This document shows, in pieces, positions 17,690 through 27,533 of a DNA stretch of 45,691 nucleotides (its first letter is position 1; every line of letters begins with the position of its first letter). The position numbers were made by a program, and so were the translations under genes. The stretch covers positions 1 through 45,691 of the forward strand of contig JANOHN010000320.1 in the NCBI GenBank assembly GCA_031406505.1. The letters are read 5' to 3'. The notes below the pieces were generated by a model that saw nothing but the letters and a program-made list of their open reading frames with translations, did not search any database and was not told the origin of the DNA. This DNA is from Acidimicrobiia bacterium (GTDB taxonomy: Bacteria > Actinomycetota > Acidimicrobiia > IMCC26256 > PALSA-555).

Positions 17690-19270
17690 GTGACACTCAC
17701 CCCTGCGCAGCTCGTGGCCGACTTCGAAGCCAGGCTGCGGCCGCTCGAGATCGATCTCGCCAACGCCTGGTGGGAGTCGAGCACCAGCTCGTCGGAAGCC
17801 ACACAACAGCGCCAGGTCGACGCCGATCTCGCGCGCCGCGCCCTGCTCGCCGACGCTGAGGCGTTCACGGCAATCCGCGCAGCTCGCACGACCGACGGCG
17901 TCGACCCCGTCGTTCGCCGCCAGCTCGACCAGCTCCACGATCTCTGCGCACCACACCAGATCCCCGAGACGATGCGACGCCGACTCGTGGAGCTGGAGAC
18001 ATCGGTCGACGCCACCTTCACCAACTACCGCGGCGACCTCGACGGCACTCGCGTCGACGACAACGCAATCCTCGAGATCCTGCGCACCAGCGACGACACC
18101 GACCTCCGACGACAAGCGTGGGAAGCGTCGAAGCAGGTGGGAGCCGAGGTGGGCGAGCGCGTGCGCGACCTGGCGCGGGTTCGCAACGAGGCCGCGCAGA
18201 GCCTCGGGTACCGCGATCACTTCGCTCTTGCGCTCGCCACCGGCGAGATGGACGAGACGCGCTTGTTCGCAACGCTCGACGAGGTCGACAGACACACGGT
18301 TGGACCGTTCACCGAGTGGAAGACCAACCTCGACCGCTCGTTGGCCGAGCGCTTCGGATGCACCGTCGACGAGCTGCGGCCCTGGCACGTGGACGATCCG
18401 TTCTTCCAGGACCCACCCACGCGTGGTGCGGTCGACCTCGACCCCGTCTTCGCCGGCCGCGACCTCGAAGCGCTCACGGAACGCACGTTCGCGGGCATGG
18501 GCCTCGACATCAAGCCGGTGCTCGAGCGCAGCGACCTCTACGCCCGTGACGGCAAGAGCCAACATGCGTTCTGCATCGACATCGACCGCGCCGGCGATGT
18601 TCGCGTGCTGTGCAACGTCGAGCCGAACGAGCGGTGGACTGAGACGATGCTGCACGAGTTCGGGCATGGCATCTACGACCTCGAGGTCCGTCCCGACGTG
18701 CCGTGGCTGCTGCGTCAGGCAGCGCACTCGCTCACAACCGAGGGCGTGGCGATGTTGTTCGGTCGGCTCGTCCGCGACCCGAAGTGGCTCGAACGAGTGC
18801 TCGATCTCGACGCCGACATACTCGCCGAGCTCACTCCCCGCCTGGAGATGGCCCGCCGCGCGTCGTTGCTCACGTTCGCGCGGTGGGTGCTCGTGGTGAC
18901 GCACTTCGAACGCCGGCTCTATGCCGACCCCGATGCCGATCTCGGCGACACGTGGTGGGAGCTCGTGGAGCACTACCAGCAGATCAAGCGCCCCGACACG
19001 CTGCACGAATCGGAGTGGGCCGCCAAGATCCACCTCGCGGTCGTACCCGTCTACTACCAGAACTACCTGTACGGGGAGCTCGTGGCTTCACAGCTCGACG
19101 CGGCCATCGCCGAGCGCGCCGGCGACTTCGTCGACTGCGCCGCGGCCGGAGAGTTCCTCACTCGCGAGTTCTTCGCACCCGGCGCAACGATGCGGTGGGA
19201 CGAGCTCGTCGAGCACGCGACTGGTGAGCCACTGAGCGCCACCCACCTCGCCCGCCAGCTCACCGGCTGA
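17690..19270 (+). CDS. Clan-MA gluzincin metallopeptidase, ACE-like (M2) architecture
   Basis: The track ORF 17237..19270 was trimmed to the GTG at 17690. It has the HEFGH zinc motif with a downstream Glu (SLTTEGVAML). N-terminal ANAWWESST and ILRTSDDTDLRRQAWEASKQVG...VRNEAAQSLGY resemble ACE/M2 blocks. Choosing between M2 and M3 needs an HMM search. Confidence 0.8.
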   Translation: MTLTPAQLVADFEARLRPLEIDLANAWWESSTSSSEATQQRQVDADLARRALLADAEAFTAIRAARTTDGVDPVVRRQLDQLHDLCAPHQIPETMRRRLVELETSVDATFTNYRGDLDGTRVDDNAILEILRTSDDTDLRRQAWEASKQVGAEVGERVRDLARVRNEAAQSLGYRDHFALALATGEMDETRLFATLDEVDRHTVGPFTEWKTNLDRSLAERFGCTVDELRPWHVDDPFFQDPPTRGAVDLDPVFAGRDLEALTERTFAGMGLDIKPVLERSDLYARDGKSQHAFCIDIDRAGDVRVLCNVEPNERWTETMLHEFGHGIYDLEVRPDVPWLLRQAAHSLTTEGVAMLFGRLVRDPKWLERVLDLDADILAELTPRLEMARRASLLTFARWVLVVTHFERRLYADPDADLGDTWWELVEHYQQIKRPDTLHESEWAAKIHLAVVPVYYQNYLYGELVASQLDAAIAERAGDFVDCAAAGEFLTREFFAPGATMRWDELVEHATGEPLSATHLARQLTG

Positions 19271-19277
19271 GCCGCGG

Positions 19278-19283
19278 TACGTT
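19278..19283 (+). promoter_or_regulatory. Putative -10 box (TACGTT) 9 nt upstream of the acyl-CoA ligase ATG
   Basis: The sequence reads ggTACGTTcagagaagcATG with no clear SD. Confidence 0.3.
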
Positions 19284-19292
19284 CAGAGAAGC

Positions 19293-20906
19293 ATGAGCGC
19301 CACGTACAACATCGCGGACCTGTGGGAGCTCGTAGCGGACGCCGTACCCGACCGCGAGGCAATGGTCTTCGGCACGCGCCGTTTCACCTTCGCGACGGTG
19401 GATGAGCGCGCGACGCGACTTGCACATGCCCTCGCCGCGCGCGGCGTCGAGGCCGGCGATCACATCGGCCTCTACCTCTACAACAGCACTGAATACCTCG
19501 AGGCGATGCTCGCGGCGTTCAAGCTGCGCGCCGTCCCGGTGAACGTGAACTACCGGTACGTAGAGGGCGAGCTGCGCTACCTGCTCGACAACGCCGAGTC
19601 CAAGGTCGTGATCGCGCATCGGGAGCTCACTCCCCGACTTGCGGCCGTTCAAGCAGATCTGCCCGAGTTGCGCGCAACGGTGTGGGTCGACGACGAGTCG
19701 GGCGCCGAGATCACGCTCACGAACGCAACCGAGTACGAAGCCGCGCTCGCCGAGGCGTCGCCCGAGCGCGACTTCGCACCGCGATCGTCCGACGACCTGT
19801 ACATCCTCTACACGGGCGGCACCACCGGCATGCCGAAGGGCGTGATGTGGCGCCACGAGGATGTGTTCTTCAGTGCGTTCGGCGGTGGTGGGCTCGGGAA
19901 CCCGATCGCCGATCCGAGCGAGATCGTCGATCGTGCATTGGCCGGTGGGATTCGCTGCCTTCCGGCGTGCCCGTTCATGCACGGCACCGCACATTGGCTC
20001 GCGTTCTCGTCGCTCCTCAACGGGGGTCTCGTGGTGATCGACGACCGGCGCCACCTCGATCCGGTGCACGTGTGGGAGCTCGTGGCCGCCGAGCGCGTCA
20101 ACTTCCTCGTGTTCGTCGGCGACGCGATGGGCCGGCCCCTGAGCGAGGCCCTCGACCTGCTCCCGCCCGAGGTCGACCTGTCCAGCCTCTTGATCGTGGT
20201 GTCGGGCGGCGCCATCCTCTCGCCGTCGGTGAAGCGCGAGCTCGCCACGAAGCTCTCGAACACGGCGATCATCGACGGCATCGGCGCGTCCGAGACCGGC
20301 AGCCAGGGCCAGATGGTCGCGACGAAGGACGGAGAGATCCCGTCACAGCCGCGGTTCGCGATGAGCGACGACAACGCCGTGCTCGACGACGACCTCCAGC
20401 CGGTTGGCATTGGCGTGGTCGGCAAGCTCGCCCGCCGCGGCCACATCCCCATCGGCTACTTCAAGGATCCCGAGAAGTCGGCCGCCACGTTCCCCGTCGT
20501 GGACGGCGTCCGGTGGTCGGTGCCTGGCGACCACGCTCGCATCGAGGAAGACGGCACGATCACCGTGCTCGGCCGCGGATCGGTGTCGATCAACACCGGG
20601 GGCGAGAAGGTGTACCCCGAAGAGGTCGAGGGTGTGCTCAAGGGCCACCCCAACGTGTTCGACGTGGTGGTCGTCGGCGTGCCCGACGAACGGTGGGGTG
20701 AGCGTGTGGTAGCGGTCGTGCAACCGCGTGACGGCGCGCACGTCACGCTCGCCGACATCGACACGCACGCGCGCACGCTGCTCGCCGGATACAAGGTGCC
20801 GCGCGACGTGGTCGAAGTCGGCGCGGTCGTGCGCTCGCCGTCGGGCAAGCCCGACTATCGCTGGGCGAAGGAGACCGCCATCGGGTCCCTGGCCCACGTC
20901 CAATGA
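19293..20906 (+). CDS. AMP-dependent acyl-CoA synthetase/ligase (FadD-like)
   Basis: 537 aa with the AMP-binding motif [15 protein letters not shown] plus [10 protein letters not shown] and a C-terminal PSGKPDYRW. Confidence 0.9.
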   Translation: MSATYNIADLWELVADAVPDREAMVFGTRRFTFATVDERATRLAHALAARGVEAGDHIGLYLYNSTEYLEAMLAAFKLRAVPVNVNYRYVEGELRYLLDNAESKVVIAHRELTPRLAAVQADLPELRATVWVDDESGAEITLTNATEYEAALAEASPERDFAPRSSDDLYILYTGGTTGMPKGVMWRHEDVFFSAFGGGGLGNPIADPSEIVDRALAGGIRCLPACPFMHGTAHWLAFSSLLNGGLVVIDDRRHLDPVHVWELVAAERVNFLVFVGDAMGRPLSEALDLLPPEVDLSSLLIVVSGGAILSPSVKRELATKLSNTAIIDGIGASETGSQGQMVATKDGEIPSQPRFAMSDDNAVLDDDLQPVGIGVVGKLARRGHIPIGYFKDPEKSAATFPVVDGVRWSVPGDHARIEEDGTITVLGRGSVSINTGGEKVYPEEVEGVLKGHPNVFDVVVVGVPDERWGERVVAVVQPRDGAHVTLADIDTHARTLLAGYKVPRDVVEVGAVVRSPSGKPDYRWAKETAIGSLAHVQ

Positions 20907-20919
20907 ACCGGCGGCCTGG

Positions 20920-22962
20920 GTGAACCGACTCGCCGCGGAGACGAGCCCGTACCTGCGTCAACACGCCGACAACCCGGTCGACTGGCAACCCTGGGGCGAA
21001 GCGGCCTTCGCCGAAGCGCGCGAGCGCGACCGACCGATCCTCCTCTCGGTGGGCTACTCGTCGTGTCACTGGTGCCACGTGATGGCGCACGAGTCGTTCG
21101 AGGACCCCGACGTCGCCGCGGAGATGAACCGCCTCTTTGTGAACGTGAAGGTCGACCGAGAGGAGCGACCTGACGTCGACGCCATCTACATGCAAGCCGT
21201 GCAGGCGATGACTGGGCGTGGTGGTTGGCCGATGACCGTGTTCCTCGCGCCCGATGGGCGTCCGTTCTACGGCGGCACGTACTACCCCAAGGACGATCGC
21301 CAGGGCATGCCCGGCTTCGTACGCGTGATGCACGCCATCGACGAAGCGTGGACCTCGGAACGCGACGATCTGCTCGATGCAGCCGAGCGCCTGCGCGACG
21401 CGATCGAGCGCACGACCGCAATCGGTGGACAGGACGACGGCGAGCCCACGGCCAGCATCCTCGAGCGCGCCACGGCCAATGTGCAAGCACAGTTCGACCA
21501 CCGTTTCGGCGGCTTCGGACGAGCGCCCAAGTTCCCGCAAGCGATGACGCTCGACTTCCTCGCCCGGCAGCACGTGCGCGATCCCAAGCCCGAGGTGCTC
21601 GAGACCATCACGGTCTCACTCGACGCGATGGCCGCAGGTGGCATGTACGACCAGATCGGCGGCGGGTTCCATCGATACTCGGTCGACGACTTCTGGCTCG
21701 TGCCGCACTTCGAGAAGATGCTGTACGACGAGGCGCTGCTCGCCGGCGCATACCTGCGTGGGTTCCTCGTCACCGGCGAGCCTCGCTACCGACGGGTCGT
21801 CGAGGAGATCGTCGAGTACGTGCTGCGCGATCTCACGACGGCCGACGGCCAAGCGTTCTGCTCCGCGGAGGACGCCGACTCGGAGGGCATCGAAGGCAAG
21901 TTCTACCTGTGGTCACTCGCGGAGATCAAGGAGATCTGCGGCGACGATGCACCCGAGGTGATCCGCTACTTCGGTGTCACCGAGAACGGCAATTTCATCG
22001 ATCCGCACACGCAGTACAGCGGCAACATCCTGCACGCGGTCGACCGCACGGAGGAACGGCCGGCCGCGGTCGAGCGGGCGATCCCGAAGCTGCTCGCCGT
22101 GCGCTCGGGCCGAGTGCGGCCCGGACTCGACGACAAGGTGCTCATCGCGTGGAACGCGCTCTTCATGCGGGCGCTGGCCGAAGCCGCGAGCGCACTCGGC
22201 CGAGACGACTGGATGGACGTTGCGCGCACCAACGCCCGCTTCTTGTTGCGCGAGCTCCGCCGCGAGGACGGTCGACTGCTGCGTTCGTGGCAGGGCGGAC
22301 GCGCCAACCTGCTCGCGTATGCCGAGGACTACGCCGCACTCCTCGAAGCACTTGTCACACTCGCCGAGGTCGACGACGCCGCCTGGCTCGCCGAGGCACG
22401 CACCGTTGCCGACGACCTGATTCGACTGTTCCACGACGAGGAACGGGGCGGCTTCTTCACGACGGGCAGCGATGCCGAAGCCCTGATCGTCCGCCCGAAG
22501 GACGCGCAGGACAACGCCACGCCGTCGGAGAACTCGCTGGCCGCGAACGGCCTGCTCCGCCTCGCTGCGCTCACCGGTGAGTCACGCTACGAAGAGCTGG
22601 CCGGCGCGTGGGTCCGAGGCATGGCATCGCTCCTCGGCGAGCACCCCACCGCATTCGCGTACCTGCTCGGGGCGCTCGAGCGCTCGATCACCCCGCCCGT
22701 CGAAGTCGCAGTGATCGGCGCACCCGTTGACGAGGGGACCGCTGCGCTCTGGCACGAGGTGACGAGCCGGCTGTTGCCGTCAGCCGTCGCGCTGCGTGCC
22801 GCGCCCGGCGAAGGTGCAGACCTGTCACCACTGCTCGCGGATCGCCCGCTCGTCGACGGCAAGGCCACCGCATACGTGTGCGAGCACTACGTCTGCCGTC
22901 AGCCAGTCACCGATCCCGCGAAGCTCAAATCCGAGCTCGACGCGGTGTTAGCGAAGCCCTAA
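20920..22962 (+). CDS. Thioredoxin-domain protein of the DUF255/YyaL (SSP411-like) family
   Basis: The track ORF 20728..22962 was trimmed to the GTG at 20920. The sequence [60 protein letters not shown] is the family hallmark. It is followed by a six-hairpin glycosidase-like domain. Confidence 0.88.
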   Translation: MNRLAAETSPYLRQHADNPVDWQPWGEAAFAEARERDRPILLSVGYSSCHWCHVMAHESFEDPDVAAEMNRLFVNVKVDREERPDVDAIYMQAVQAMTGRGGWPMTVFLAPDGRPFYGGTYYPKDDRQGMPGFVRVMHAIDEAWTSERDDLLDAAERLRDAIERTTAIGGQDDGEPTASILERATANVQAQFDHRFGGFGRAPKFPQAMTLDFLARQHVRDPKPEVLETITVSLDAMAAGGMYDQIGGGFHRYSVDDFWLVPHFEKMLYDEALLAGAYLRGFLVTGEPRYRRVVEEIVEYVLRDLTTADGQAFCSAEDADSEGIEGKFYLWSLAEIKEICGDDAPEVIRYFGVTENGNFIDPHTQYSGNILHAVDRTEERPAAVERAIPKLLAVRSGRVRPGLDDKVLIAWNALFMRALAEAASALGRDDWMDVARTNARFLLRELRREDGRLLRSWQGGRANLLAYAEDYAALLEALVTLAEVDDAAWLAEARTVADDLIRLFHDEERGGFFTTGSDAEALIVRPKDAQDNATPSENSLAANGLLRLAALTGESRYEELAGAWVRGMASLLGEHPTAFAYLLGALERSITPPVEVAVIGAPVDEGTAALWHEVTSRLLPSAVALRAAPGEGADLSPLLADRPLVDGKATAYVCEHYVCRQPVTDPAKLKSELDAVLAKP

Positions 22963-23646
22963 CTACTTGCTCTTTGGCCCGGCCTTCGGACCTGCCAAGC
23001 CGTCGGCAAGCTGCTCGGCCATGGCCCAGCCGTAGGCGATGAGTGCTTCGCCCTTGGCCGGCTCGAGCGTGCCGACGAGATCGGCCGCGGCCTTGCCACC
23101 CAGCTTCACGAAACGGGAGTCGAGGACTGCCTCGCTGACCTTGGCCTTCTTCACCTTGAAGGTGCGGTCGTCGTAGCGGGCGTCGCAGCCGAACCGACGG
23201 GCGAGGCGGCGCCCCCAGGCGCGCTCTTCTCCGTTGGGCGTGTACTTGGGACGCGGGCACACGTCGCTGAGCGCACCGAAGAGCGAGTACGCGGCGGGAT
23301 GGGCGATGCGTCCGGCGACCAGCACGTCCTCGTCGGGGAAGGAGATCGCGGCCCGGCGGTAGAGCTCACCGACGAGCGCTTCGAGCGTCGGGCGGGCGTT
23401 GCGGCCCTTGCGGATGGCGCCGAGGCCCCAGAGGATGCAGGGCGTGCCGCCGATGCGCTCGAGCGACCCGAACAGGAAGCCTTGGAGCTCGGTGTCGTCG
23501 CTCGAGATGGCCACCAGCGGGAACTGCTCCACGTGGTGGTCGAGCTGCTCTTCAGCAAGCGGAAGCCCCACACCGTGCGTGAACTGCCCGATCTCATCGA
23601 GCTCAACGGGCTTCAGAGAGATGGAATCGCGAGATTCGACGGGCAT
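22963..23646 (-). CDS. Hypothetical 227-aa protein (possibly acyltransferase-like fold), Lys-rich tail
   Basis: A clean ORF with good codon bias, last gene of the EEP-PPK2 string. I recognise no motif. Confidence 0.6.
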   Translation of the reverse strand: MPVESRDSISLKPVELDEIGQFTHGVGLPLAEEQLDHHVEQFPLVAISSDDTELQGFLFGSLERIGGTPCILWGLGAIRKGRNARPTLEALVGELYRRAAISFPDEDVLVAGRIAHPAAYSLFGALSDVCPRPKYTPNGEERAWGRRLARRFGCDARYDDRTFKVKKAKVSEAVLDSRFVKLGGKAAADLVGTLEPAKGEALIAYGWAMAEQLADGLAGPKAGPKSK

Positions 23647-23693
23647 GCAGTACCCATTGTTGCCGATCGGGACCTAGGGCGGCCAGTCGACAA

Positions 23694-24521
23694 TTACTCG
23701 ACCACCAGGCCTGCAAACTCGGGGTCGATCGGCGGGAAGTGGGGATCGAGTCGTCGAAAGGTGTCGAGGAGCAGCGTGGCGACCGCGAAGTCGCGCACCC
23801 ATTTGCGGTCGGCCGGGACCACGTGCCACGGAGCGACGTCGGTGGAGGTCTCGGTGATCACTTCCTCGTAGGCCGAGTGGTATTCGTCCCATCGTTTGCG
23901 TACGTCGAGGTCGCCCGGCTTGAACTTCCAGTTCTTCGTGGCGTCGTCGATGCGCGATTGCAGGCGTTCACGCTGCTCGTCCTTCGAGATGTGGAGGAAG
24001 ACCTTCACCACGGTCGTGCCTTCATCGGTCAGCATCTGCTCGAAGTCGCGCAGATGCCGGTACCGCAGGCGACATTGCGCGTGCGTGGCCGCGCCGACGA
24101 AGCGCGCCGCGAGCACGTCCTCGTAGTGCGACCGGTTGAACACCCCGAGGTGCCCACGCGGCGGACACACCGCATGCACGCGCCACAGATAGTCCTGCGC
24201 CTGCTCGGCATCGTTGGGCGCCTTGAAGCTCGCGACCCTGCAGCCTTGTGGGTTGAGGCCGGAGAGAACCCGTCGGATGGTCCCGTCCTTGCCCGAGGCG
24301 TCCATGCCCTGGAGCACGAGCAGCACGCTGTGGGTGGCATCGGCCCACAGACGCCCGTGGAGATCGTCCAGCTCGGCGATGAGCTGGGCCTGGAGTGGCT
24401 GCGCCTGCTCCTTGCTCTCGAGGCCGAGCTTGGCCGACGTATCCCGCTGAGACAGGTGCGGCGCGTCGCCCGGCGTCACCCGCAGCGCCTTGATCAGCGC
24501 GTCTCCCCCGTCCTTGGCCAT
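23694..24521 (-). CDS. ppk2: Polyphosphate kinase 2-family polyphosphate:nucleotide phosphotransferase
   Basis: The track ORF 23694..24734 was trimmed to the ATG at 24521 (MAKDGG). Motifs are LLVLQGMDASGKDGTIRRVLSGLNPQG (Walker A), FKAPNDAEQAQDYLWRVH and GVFNRSHYEDVL. Confidence 0.88.
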   Translation of the reverse strand: MAKDGGDALIKALRVTPGDAPHLSQRDTSAKLGLESKEQAQPLQAQLIAELDDLHGRLWADATHSVLLVLQGMDASGKDGTIRRVLSGLNPQGCRVASFKAPNDAEQAQDYLWRVHAVCPPRGHLGVFNRSHYEDVLAARFVGAATHAQCRLRYRHLRDFEQMLTDEGTTVVKVFLHISKDEQRERLQSRIDDATKNWKFKPGDLDVRKRWDEYHSAYEEVITETSTDVAPWHVVPADRKWVRDFAVATLLLDTFRRLDPHFPPIDPEFAGLVVE

Positions 24522-24525
24522 CGGC

Positions 24526-25365
24526 TCAGTACCGCAGCTCGGCCGCGACGCCGTGGTGGTCGGACGGCTGGATGCCCGCGGCAGGCGTGTCGCCGACCAC
24601 GCGACACGCGACCGGCTCACCGGCCGCCTCGTCGTGCGGGTAGCCCACCAGCACGTAATCAATGCGGCTGTCGCGTGGGTCGGGGTCGAGCGCGGTGAAC
24701 GGGTTGGCGCGCGACCACGTGTACCCGGGACCACCGTCGCCCGCCGCGGACCACGCGTCGAAGAACACGAGCTTCGGAACTGGCGACGCCGCGAGGCCGG
24801 TGAGCATGCGGATCTCGTCGGAGAGTGGCTCGGCGTTCATGTCGCCACACAGGATCGGGGGGTATGTGCGCTGATCCTTCGTCTCGAGCATGAACTCGCA
24901 CACCGCGCGCAGCTGCATCTGGCGCACATGACTCTGATCGAGCCGCCAGTTGAGGTGGGTGCAGAACACCTCGATCGCACCTCGGGGCCCGTCGATGTCG
25001 GCGCGCAGCACGACGCGTAGCTCGTTCAAGTCGGGCGGTGCCGGCAGCGGGCGCGACTCCGTTGCCCGGATCGGCCACCGCGACAGGATCGCGTTCCCGA
25101 GGCTCTCTGGTGCGAGGTCGAGGCCAAGACCCGGGGCGTACGCGTGATGCAGGCCCAGCGCATCGGCGATCGCCGCGGCCTGGCTCTCGCCGTCGCGGGT
25201 CTCGAACACCTCTTGGAGGCACACGATGTCGGGGTCGACCTGGCGTAGCGTCTCGACGATGGCCGGTTGACGCGCCTCCCACGGCCCGAAGCGCCACCAC
25301 AGGTTCCACGTCATGACGCGCATGCGCGTCTGCACGCGCGGCGGCGGCTCCCATCCTGCGGTCAC
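24526..25365 (-). CDS. Endonuclease/exonuclease/phosphatase (EEP) family protein
   Basis: 279 aa with MRVMTWNLWW...DIVCLQEV...DMNAEP...RIDYVL...PSDHHGV, the canonical EEP catalytic blocks. The stop lies 4 nt before the ppk2 ATG. The GTG at 25365 is supported by a TAGCGT box 8 nt upstream. The ATG at 25323 is an alternative start. Confidence 0.82.
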   Translation of the reverse strand: MTAGWEPPPRVQTRMRVMTWNLWWRFGPWEARQPAIVETLRQVDPDIVCLQEVFETRDGESQAAAIADALGLHHAYAPGLGLDLAPESLGNAILSRWPIRATESRPLPAPPDLNELRVVLRADIDGPRGAIEVFCTHLNWRLDQSHVRQMQLRAVCEFMLETKDQRTYPPILCGDMNAEPLSDEIRMLTGLAASPVPKLVFFDAWSAAGDGGPGYTWSRANPFTALDPDPRDSRIDYVLVGYPHDEAAGEPVACRVVGDTPAAGIQPSDHHGVAAELRY

Positions 25366-25373
25366 GGCCAGCG

Positions 25374-25379
25374 ACGCTA
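25374..25379 (-). promoter_or_regulatory. Putative -10 box (TAGCGT) 8 nt upstream of the EEP GTG
   Basis: The reverse strand reads gacTAGCGTcgctggccGTG. Compare TAGACTcgctcgccGTG at 17676. Confidence 0.35.
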
Positions 25380-25458
25380 GTCACCTCTCCGGGTCGACTC
25401 CGCAGGCTTCGTCTCCCGCCGGTGACGACGCGGCAAAGCCGCGCCGTCACCTCATCGC

Positions 25459-25464
25459 TAGCCT
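25459..25464 (+). promoter_or_regulatory. Putative -10 box (TAGCCT) 7 nt upstream of the P450 GTG
   Basis: The sequence reads cgcTAGCCTctcggccGTG. Confidence 0.4.
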
Positions 25465-25471
25465 CTCGGCC

Positions 25472-26674
25472 GTGGCCGCACTCGACGTGAACCTTCTCGA
25501 CGGCCGGTTCTACGCGGGTGACCCGTACCCCACCTACCGGCGCCTGCGCGACGAGGCGCCGGCGTACTGGGATCCGGTGAGTCGCGTGTGGGGCATCAGC
25601 CGATACGACGACGTCGTCGCGGTTGAGAAGGATCCTCGTCGATACACATCGGCACAGGGGTCTCGGCCGCGCATCGCTCCCGACGTCTCGATGATCAACG
25701 CCGACGATCCGCTCCACCAGAACAAGCGACGGCTCGTGGCCCGCCGATTCACGCCCCGATCGGTCAAGGAGCACGAGGGCCGCGTGCGCGGCGTGGTCAC
25801 CGACCTGCTCGACTCGTTCATCGCTGATGGCGGCGGCGACGTGATTCGCACCCTCGCCGCGCCGCTCCCGGCTCGGATGATCTGCGAGATGCTCGGCTTC
25901 CCCCCGTCACTCGCCGACAAATGCCGGGAGTGGTCCGAGGTCACGATGCTCCAAGGGGGTCGCTACAACACCGATGGGAGCGACCCTGAGGCGACTCCTG
26001 AGGTGATGAACGCGGTCCTCGAGTTCGCCGGCGCCGCGCTCGACGTGCTCAAGGCCCGTCGAATCGACCCGCAGCACGACCTGATCTCCGTGTGGGCCCA
26101 CGGCGAAGTCGAGTTCCCCGACGGCGAGACCCGCGCGCTCACGGACGACGAGATCGTGCACGAAGCGCTGTTGCTCCTCGACGGCGGCGCCGAGACCACG
26201 CGCACGGTGATTGGCACGATGTGCCTCGACCTCATTCGGCACCCCGATCAACACGCCGCGCTGGTGGCGGATCCCGGCATCATCGGCGCGACCGGCGTTG
26301 AGGAGTTCATCCGCTGGGTCACGCCGATCCTCAACATGAGCCGCACGGCTACGGACGACCACGAGCTCCACGGCGAGACGATCCACGCCGGCGACGAGCT
26401 CGTGCTCATGTACTCGTCGGCGAACCGCGACGAGCGCGTCTTCGAGAATCCCGACACGCTCGACGTGACCCGTCCGCACAACCACCATGTGGCGTTCGGG
26501 TTCGGCACCCACTTCTGCTTGGGCGCGTCGCTTGCTCGCCTCGAGATACGGGTGCTCTTCGAGGAGCTCGTGCAACGAGTCCCGAAGATGCATCTCGCCA
26601 CCGGTGCCGAACCGAAGAAGGTCCCCAGCGCGTTCGCGTGCGCCTACGACGAGATCCCCGTCGAGATCGGCTGA
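25472..26674 (+). CDS. Cytochrome P450
   Basis: The track ORF 25313..26674 was trimmed to the GTG at 25472, giving 400 aa. Motifs are the heme loop FGFGTHFCLGASLA, the I-helix LLLDGGAETT and an ExxR (EEFIRW). Confidence 0.9.
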   Translation: MAALDVNLLDGRFYAGDPYPTYRRLRDEAPAYWDPVSRVWGISRYDDVVAVEKDPRRYTSAQGSRPRIAPDVSMINADDPLHQNKRRLVARRFTPRSVKEHEGRVRGVVTDLLDSFIADGGGDVIRTLAAPLPARMICEMLGFPPSLADKCREWSEVTMLQGGRYNTDGSDPEATPEVMNAVLEFAGAALDVLKARRIDPQHDLISVWAHGEVEFPDGETRALTDDEIVHEALLLLDGGAETTRTVIGTMCLDLIRHPDQHAALVADPGIIGATGVEEFIRWVTPILNMSRTATDDHELHGETIHAGDELVLMYSSANRDERVFENPDTLDVTRPHNHHVAFGFGTHFCLGASLARLEIRVLFEELVQRVPKMHLATGAEPKKVPSAFACAYDEIPVEIG

Positions 26675-26679
26675 CCTCC

Positions 26680-26702
26680 GGGGCTGCGTAGATTCGAGCC
26701 CC
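26680..26702 (+). terminator. Weak stem-loop after P450 (GGGGCT...AGCCCC)
   Basis: A 6-bp GC stem with an 11-nt loop and no U tract. The loop contains a TAGATT box that could instead be the SDR promoter -10. Confidence 0.2.
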
Positions 26703-26732
26703 TAATCTGCTCCCGTCGACAAGGGGGGCACG

Positions 26733-27500
26733 ATGGGGAAGCTGGACGGCAAGATCGCGATCGTCTCAGGGGCCGCTCGGGGTCAGGGCGAGGCCGAAGT
26801 CCGGACGTTCGTCGACGAAGGCGCGCAGGTTGTCTTCGGTGACGTGCTCGACGAGCGGGGCGAGAAGGTCGCCGCCGACCTCGGTGGCGCTGCCATCTAC
26901 CAGCATCTCGACGTCACGAAGCCCGAAGACTGGGACGCGATCATCGCGACCACGCTTGACCGGTTCGGACGCATCGACGTGCTCGTCAACAACGCGGGCA
27001 TTCTCCGAGTCCGGATGATGGACGGTCACACGCTCGACGACTACATGCAGATCATCAACGTCAACCAAGTGGGCTGCTTCTTGGGGATGCGCGCGGTCAT
27101 CGCACCGATGAAGGAGCAGCGCAGCGGGTCGATCATCAACACGTCGTCAACATCCGGATTTGTCGGTACCCTCGGCCTCGTCGCCTACACGGCCAGCAAG
27201 TTCGCCGTGCGGGGCATGACGAAGGTCGCCGCCATGGAGCTCGGCCACTTCGGCATCCGCGTGAACTCGGTGCACCCCGGCGGGATCGCCACCGAGATGC
27301 TCGACCAGCCCGAGTTCAAGGGCCTCGACCAGGGCACCGCGTACAACGGGCAGCCCATCCCGCGCATCGGCCGACCCGATGAGGTCGCCAAGATGATGGT
27401 GTTCCTCGCGTCGGACGACAGCTCGTTCTCGACCGGCTCAGAGTTCATCATCGACGGCGGGTACATGACCGGACCGACGATCAAGGGTCTGGGCGACTAG
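26733..27500 (+). CDS. Short-chain dehydrogenase/reductase (3-alpha/20-beta-hydroxysteroid dehydrogenase-like)
   Basis: 255 aa with VSGAARGQG (TGxxxGxG variant), NNAGI and YTASKFAVRG (YxxxK). An AAGGGGGG SD lies upstream. Confidence 0.92.
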   Translation: MGKLDGKIAIVSGAARGQGEAEVRTFVDEGAQVVFGDVLDERGEKVAADLGGAAIYQHLDVTKPEDWDAIIATTLDRFGRIDVLVNNAGILRVRMMDGHTLDDYMQIINVNQVGCFLGMRAVIAPMKEQRSGSIINTSSTSGFVGTLGLVAYTASKFAVRGMTKVAAMELGHFGIRVNSVHPGGIATEMLDQPEFKGLDQGTAYNGQPIPRIGRPDEVAKMMVFLASDDSSFSTGSEFIIDGGYMTGPTIKGLGD

Positions 27501-27533
27501 GAGCGGGCTGGAGCGCGTCACTGAACGGTGCAG

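Noticed and set aside
17519-19033. 504-aa minus-strand ORF, the longest unexplained ORF in the track
   Set aside because: It is entirely antisense to the metallopeptidase gene, which has clear HEFGH and family motifs. Its composition (Arg/Ala/Gly/Val/Glu-rich) and lack of motifs are typical of a frame shadow in high-GC DNA.
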